In this document: one piece after another, positions 63,913-64,000 of the stretch
How the letters are laid out: the number at the start of each line of letters is the position of its first letter
Position numbering within the stretch: position 1 is the first letter of the stretch
Assembly: GCA_038087875.1 (NCBI GenBank)
Contig: CM075992.1
Span: forward strand, 1,118,001-1,182,000
Source: Malacoraja senta
Lineage: Eukaryota
Direction of reading: 5' to 3'
DNA length: 64,000 nt
The notes under the pieces: generated by a model
Told to the model about the DNA's origin: nothing
The model's database searches: none
Seen by the model: the letters and a program-made list of their open reading frames with translations, nothing else
Made by a program: the position numbers and the translations under genes

Positions 63913-64000
63913 CACATGACAATAAACTCACTTGAACTTGGACTCTCTACGCTTCACTCTCGCCCTCTTTCTGTCTCCTCTTTCTGCCACTTTTCTTCTT

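Overview
Eukaryotic genomic DNA, most likely from an elasmobranch (skate/ray-type; inferred from HE1-like V-SINEs and HER1/CR1-like LINE ends). The whole window lies inside one minus-strand gene, ADGRL1 (latrophilin-1). Nine GT-AG coding exons (2114 nt in total, phases compatible) run from the olfactomedin exon (41399) through the Ser/Thr-rich, HormR and GAIN regions to the GPS exon (7256). They include a 104-nt exon and a 39-nt exon that the ORF track misses. I did not find the lectin or 7TM exons in the window. The introns are packed with CR1, HE1 SINE, Rex1/Babar, L1/Tx1, Crack-like, RTE and Vingi-like fragments, Harbinger-like and hAT MITEs, and satellites. Main observations: (1) more than 30 Penelope-like terminal repeats carry a minimal hammerhead-ribozyme core, often as perfect hairpins, and two are still attached to GIY-YIG coding remnants; (2) an identical PLE-CR1 junction occurs at two loci 30 kb apart; (3) several insertion junctions contain short patches copied from nearby DNA, including from the ADGRL1 exon; (4) a SINE has ~110-bp flanking direct repeats, each hit by a different element at the same site. 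Exon coordinates were read base by base. Repeat boundaries are approximate, and family names come from recognition, not database searches.
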